From assembly GCA_964016885.1 (NCBI GenBank), contig OZ024756.1, forward strand, positions 30,876,001 to 30,940,000: a stretch of DNA of 64,000 nt, read 5' to 3'. Position numbers and translations under genes: made by a program. Origin of the DNA: Eledone cirrhosa. Lineage: Eukaryota. Position 1 is the stretch's first letter, and each line of letters opens with the position of its first letter. Under the pieces are notes generated by a model, which was not told the DNA's origin, searched no databases, and saw only the letters and a list, made by a program, of their open reading frames with translations. Below are positions 59,171 through 64,000 of this stretch, piece after piece.

Positions 59171-59667
59171 TATGTGTAGAAGTAAACACAGTAAATCCGT
59201 GTCTAAAATTACCTGGGTAGATTACACCACAAATGTTATATATCATTCAACCTGAAACATATGGGATGTTACAAGATGTCTTACAAGATTTCTCATACAT
59301 ACCATATCAATAACCATTTCATCTCCCGGACAGACTAAAGATTTAATCTGTTTCGCCCTGAATGAATCGTGTTTGTAACAAGTAATCCGTAGGCATTTCG
59401 TCAACAGGAGATACGACTAAATGTTACATAACACCTCTAACAATTAACTCACTAAAGTTTACACCTCGTGCGTTGAAAGTCATATGCGGTGCGAGTCGTT
59501 ATGCTAGACATAATAGCCTATTTACACTCATTTTTATAAGCTCAATAGATAAGGAGCCGAAATACAAATAAAATATAGAGTTATTAACTCATATAGATAC
59601 TCTGCAATTAACAAGCTCAAAGTATAAATACTGAGCATCATAATATTAATATGTGTAGAAGTAAACA
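59171..59667 (-). mobile_element. Direct-repeat-bounded HHR-bearing element
   Basis: tatgtgtagaagtaaaca at 59171-59188 and 59650-59667 (period 479), with (TA)n flanks and an internal HHR. Confidence 0.65.
59321..59412 (-). ncRNA. Type I hammerhead ribozyme, U3-G8 core
   Basis: atctcctg TTGACGA aat gcct...agggc GAAA cagattaaa tc tttagtctg TC cgggagat: 8-bp stem I, ~9-bp stem III, GUC site. Confidence 0.7.
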
Positions 59668-60071
59668 TTATTATTTATTTTATTTGTATATATATATATA
59701 TATGCATGCGAAAACACAATAATGCTAAATAGGTGTAAAAAAAGATGTGTGTAGGAAAATGAATATTCTATGCGTAAGAACTATATTTTCCCCAATAAAG
59801 GAGATTATAATCTCGGAGTTTAGTCCATATGAGGTGAGAAAAATACAATATTAGGCAATCACACATATCAAGCCCGTAGTAACATAGAATTACATACTGA
59901 CACACTAGATCTACAAATTTGTGTGGTGCAGAATAGAAATATATGCGTCATGTGACAAATAAAAGCAGGCATTTAAAAGTGTGAATATAAAGATATACTA
60001 GGCTACACACAGTTGCACACACAGTTGCACATCTACACATGCGTGTACACATACACACGCATCTATATCTA

Positions 60072-60124
<53 letters not shown>

Positions 60125-60244
60125 TTTTTTCTATGTGTGTGTTTATGTATATTCATGTATATATATATGTGTGTGTATTCATTAAAATAACAGATTAAAG
60201 TTTAAGCAAATAATCGCTGCTTTCACTCTTATCGGGATCTTCAC

Positions 60245-60278
<34 letters not shown>

Positions 60279-60425
60279 GTTATTTGAGTCTCAGTCATTG
60301 ATGTTAGTTAACTGGAACGTTTGTTGAAATGAATATCAACCCACTACCTGCAGCCTCAGATATTCAGGACGTATCGGAGGGTTCTTGCTGTTCCCAGCAA
60401 GCATGCCTTTTGATGTGTTCCAATA

Positions 60426-60456
<31 letters not shown>

Positions 60457-61802
60457 GCATGTGTGTGTATTAATGTGTGTGTATGCATGAGTGTATGTGT
60501 GCCTGCTTGTTTATTTGTGTATTTTACCCGGTCATGGATTAAATATAGATATACGTTAATACAAGAAAATCTGTTTCAATAAACACAATTTTATCTTTAC
60601 AGATTTTTTTGGTGTTTTGCATACAACATATGACTGTTTTACATTACAACTTCATACTTAGATATTTTCGAACTGTCTTCGGCTACATACATACTATTGG
60701 GTATGTGGAAATTCGAAACTCTGAACTCTGGGATCATTTACAACGCTAAATTCACCCCGTGGCTATCTACGTTCTCTTTGAAATCCATATGGAATTGGCT
60801 AAACGTATTTCTGACAAACTTTGAGAACAGATGAGTCACTATTCTCTATCTTAAATCAGCAAATACTGAAGCAAATTTCAATTCGCCAAACTGATAATTG
60901 TATGAAACAAATTCATTTGTTTTGCATACCATAAATATTGGTTTCTTTCAATTTTAACAGAAGTCTAAACAAATTTATTGCATCTGTCAAACTGTATAAC
61001 TATATTTTCTGACAAGATATATATTACAAAATAATGGATTGACTTCATAATTGCTGAATCTTTCCGACGTTTTACGTTTTTTTTCTTTGCAATTCACCAA
61101 TATACTCAAGAGATATTTTGAAAGCAAAGAAAACGTATACGATACTAATTCAAGATATAATATATGAACGAGGTGGCTACCACCATGGTCCCGGGGGAGT
61201 GAGATTAGCTGAAATATTATTTTGTACAATTATAACAATGTCAATATCTCAACATAAACCCGCAGTAAGATAATTAAAAAATATATTTTTAATGCAGAGA
61301 TAATCCGTGCTTCGGTCAAATATAATTTGAATGAGTTGACAAGAGTGACACTACATGGTCATTGACCATATAGAAATAGCAGCAAAAATCTTTCAAATCT
61401 ATAGACACGGGAGGAACGGCAACACTAAGCATTTTATGCAACTAAAGTATTTGAAAAGAGAAATATATGAATCTTAGGCGAACACACCTGCTCTTTAGGA
61501 CAATGTTTCTAAAGATTATATATCTAAGACTAATATATACAGCATCTTCCATTAGTGGAGCCTGGAACGATACATTTTGATTTACAGAAAATTTGACTTT
61601 TATCTCGTAACGACTTAAAGGCGCCTATGTGTGACACTTGACATGCGAGTTCTTTACATACACGGTATAACTAAAACTACAAGGCCTTCTTCGTATCTAT
61701 CTATGTATCTATTTATCAATCTGTCTATTAACCTATCTATCTATTTATAATAATCTAGAGTGAGCACTCGATGCGTAGTTTCCAGTAAGTATAGAGCTGT
61801 AG

Positions 61803-61850
<48 letters not shown>

Positions 61851-62124
61851 AATAGGGTGTGGCAAAAGCCAGCTTGAAGTACTCTACACTTGAGGTAGTA
61901 GAGTCGGTGATATGAAAAGATTTAGGATTTCTTCGTCTTTTTCTTCTTGACACCCCCTCTCATTATCTATATATTTCAATATACCTCTATTTCCTTAAAT
62001 ATTTATGTGTAATTTATATAGGCTTATATACCAACACAGACACATACATCGAACACATACACTCACATACTCACACACTCGCATACATACACTCACACAC
62101 ACAATAAACATAAATATATATATA

Positions 62125-62196
<72 letters not shown>

Positions 62197-62259
62197 TATA
62201 TAAATATATATATATATATATAGATATATATATATAGATATATAGATATATATAAATAT

Positions 62260-62371
<112 letters not shown>

Positions 62372-62741
62372 TGCTATCTATCCAATATTCATCACAAACA
62401 TCTGTTCAGTTACATAAACCTTTGGGAACAAACATAAGATTTCTTTTCATTTTTTTTTTTCACGAATAGAATATAACAATACCAGTCACAACAGCAACCA
62501 TCAACATAGGAAAGCAGGCAGATAATAAAAGCAACATATAAAAGAAACCTTCACCAAATACAAAGACTTTCAAGTATTTAAATATTTCATTCGGATTTTC
62601 TTTTCGTGTTTATTCATATTATTGTTGTTCAGCAGGTGTCATGAATCATTAATTCTTATTCCTGAAATAAATACATAAATAAGTAAATAAGTAAATTAAT
62701 AAACAAATAATAAAACAAATATATATAATATAATATAATAT

Positions 62742-62895
62742 ATAGGCACAGACGTGTTGTTAAGGGTTTCGCCTTGCAACCAGCCTCGTTGTTCTGGATT
62801 CAGTGATACTGCACAGGAACAACTTAGGAAAATGTCTTCTAAAGTAACCTCGGTTTAACAAATGCGTTTTGAGTCGAATTTGGTAGGCGGGAGGT
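62742..62895 (+). mobile_element. Diverged SINE (third family)
   Basis: ataggcacagacgtgttgttaagggtttcgccttgcaacc...ggattcagt...aaatgtcttcta...cctcgg...atttggtaggcgg resembles a common octopus SINE as I recall it. Confidence 0.5.
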
Positions 62896-62974
62896 GTCAC
62901 AATTTTTGTTTCTGTTTCCAGGTGCTTATATATATACTGCACCGATTGTGTTGTTATTTCTATTTACCTTTTAC

Positions 62975-63006
<32 letters not shown>

Positions 63007-63012
63007 ATGTGT

Positions 63013-63072
<60 letters not shown>

Positions 63073-63853
63073 ATGCGTGTGTGTGTATATGTATGTGTGT
63101 GTGTGCGTGTGTTTGTGTGTGTGTGTGTGTATATATATTTATATATATAGTACCGATTGTGTTGTTATTTCTGTTTACCTTTTACATATATATATATATA
63201 TATAGTAATAATAATAAATGTGAAAACTAAAATCCGAAAAGGGCTCGATAAAGATACTACATATATAAAAAATATATATATACCTATAATGTTAGATAAT
63301 TTTTTTATGTAGTAAATAATATACGTTTATGGTTGATAACTTTACTTTAGCACAAATTCAAAAATGGATAAGTATGTAAATACGACGTTAAGGGTAAATA
63401 AATATTTTGTATGAAGATGGAAGAAAGATCGCGAAATTGAAAATAGATTTTCAAATCTCTTAAGATTTCATTTCAGTTATTAAATTCGGAGATTTTGAGA
63501 GATTAAAAAATATCCTGATAACCTTTAATACATGTATTTATATAATCCCATACACATACACAAATACATATATACTCATTCTGACATATCATGTACAATT
63601 ACACACCCATACATAGACATACATGCATACAAGAAAAGTCATACACCTACATGCAAACACAGATATTTAAACAAACAGGTGTACGGGAATATATATATAT
63701 ATATGTATACGCAAATAACCTTGAACCTGTATTCATATTTCCTAATTAAATTCTTCTAATACAGGTTATACATGTTCACATACGCATACGCACATATACA
63801 AAGGCACGCACATACACATATATATTCACACACACACACACATATATATATAT

Positions 63854-63945
63854 AGCGGAGGCACGTGGCCATTTGGTAAGGGTGTTGGACTTACAATCAT
63901 AATGTCGTGAGTTCGAGTCCTGGTTGCATGTTGTGTTTCTTTACA
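63854..63945 (+). mobile_element. tRNA-like SINE head
   Basis: gcggaggcacgTGGCCATTTGGtaagggtg...gtgAGTTCGAGTCCtgg then tgttgtgtttctt; similar to 815-893. Confidence 0.65.
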
Positions 63946-64000
63946 TGTTGCCAAACCCTCTCTTTCTCTACCTTTCTCACTATTTTTCTCTCTTTGTATG

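Overview
This is an AT-rich, microsatellite-saturated, non-coding eukaryotic window. The SINE repertoire looks like that of an octopus or other coleoid cephalopod, an inference from recalled repeat motifs and not from a database search. I find no intact host gene, and almost all ORFs in the track are translations of simple repeats. The non-simple DNA is mostly retroelement debris: (i) two or three tRNA-derived SINE families; (ii) an RTE-like non-autonomous element and an R4/Dong-like RLE fragment in (CATA)n; (iii) a Tx1/L1-like 3' end in (GATA)n; (iv) many 0.1-1.2 kb islands inside (TA)n tracts. The (TA)n islands are the main result. At least seven sequence-unrelated families carry type I hammerhead ribozyme (HHR) folds that can be read by eye, at 6114-6201, 38827-38869/40729-40771, 44148-44186/44264-44302, 45044-45137/45369-45462, 46217-46273, 53822-53897 and 59321-59412. 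Several have non-standard cores (U3-A8, U3-G8, G4). The islands are built as direct repeats with 480-625 nt periods and/or long inverted repeats or palindromes. One family is joined to a decayed Penelope-like ORF with a C-terminal GIY-YIG endonuclease (39066-39805). Together this suggests a (TA)n-targeting Penelope/retrozyme-like system of ribozyme-bearing elements that often leaves ambisense, hairpin-forming insertions. All folds are manual and no activity has been demonstrated.
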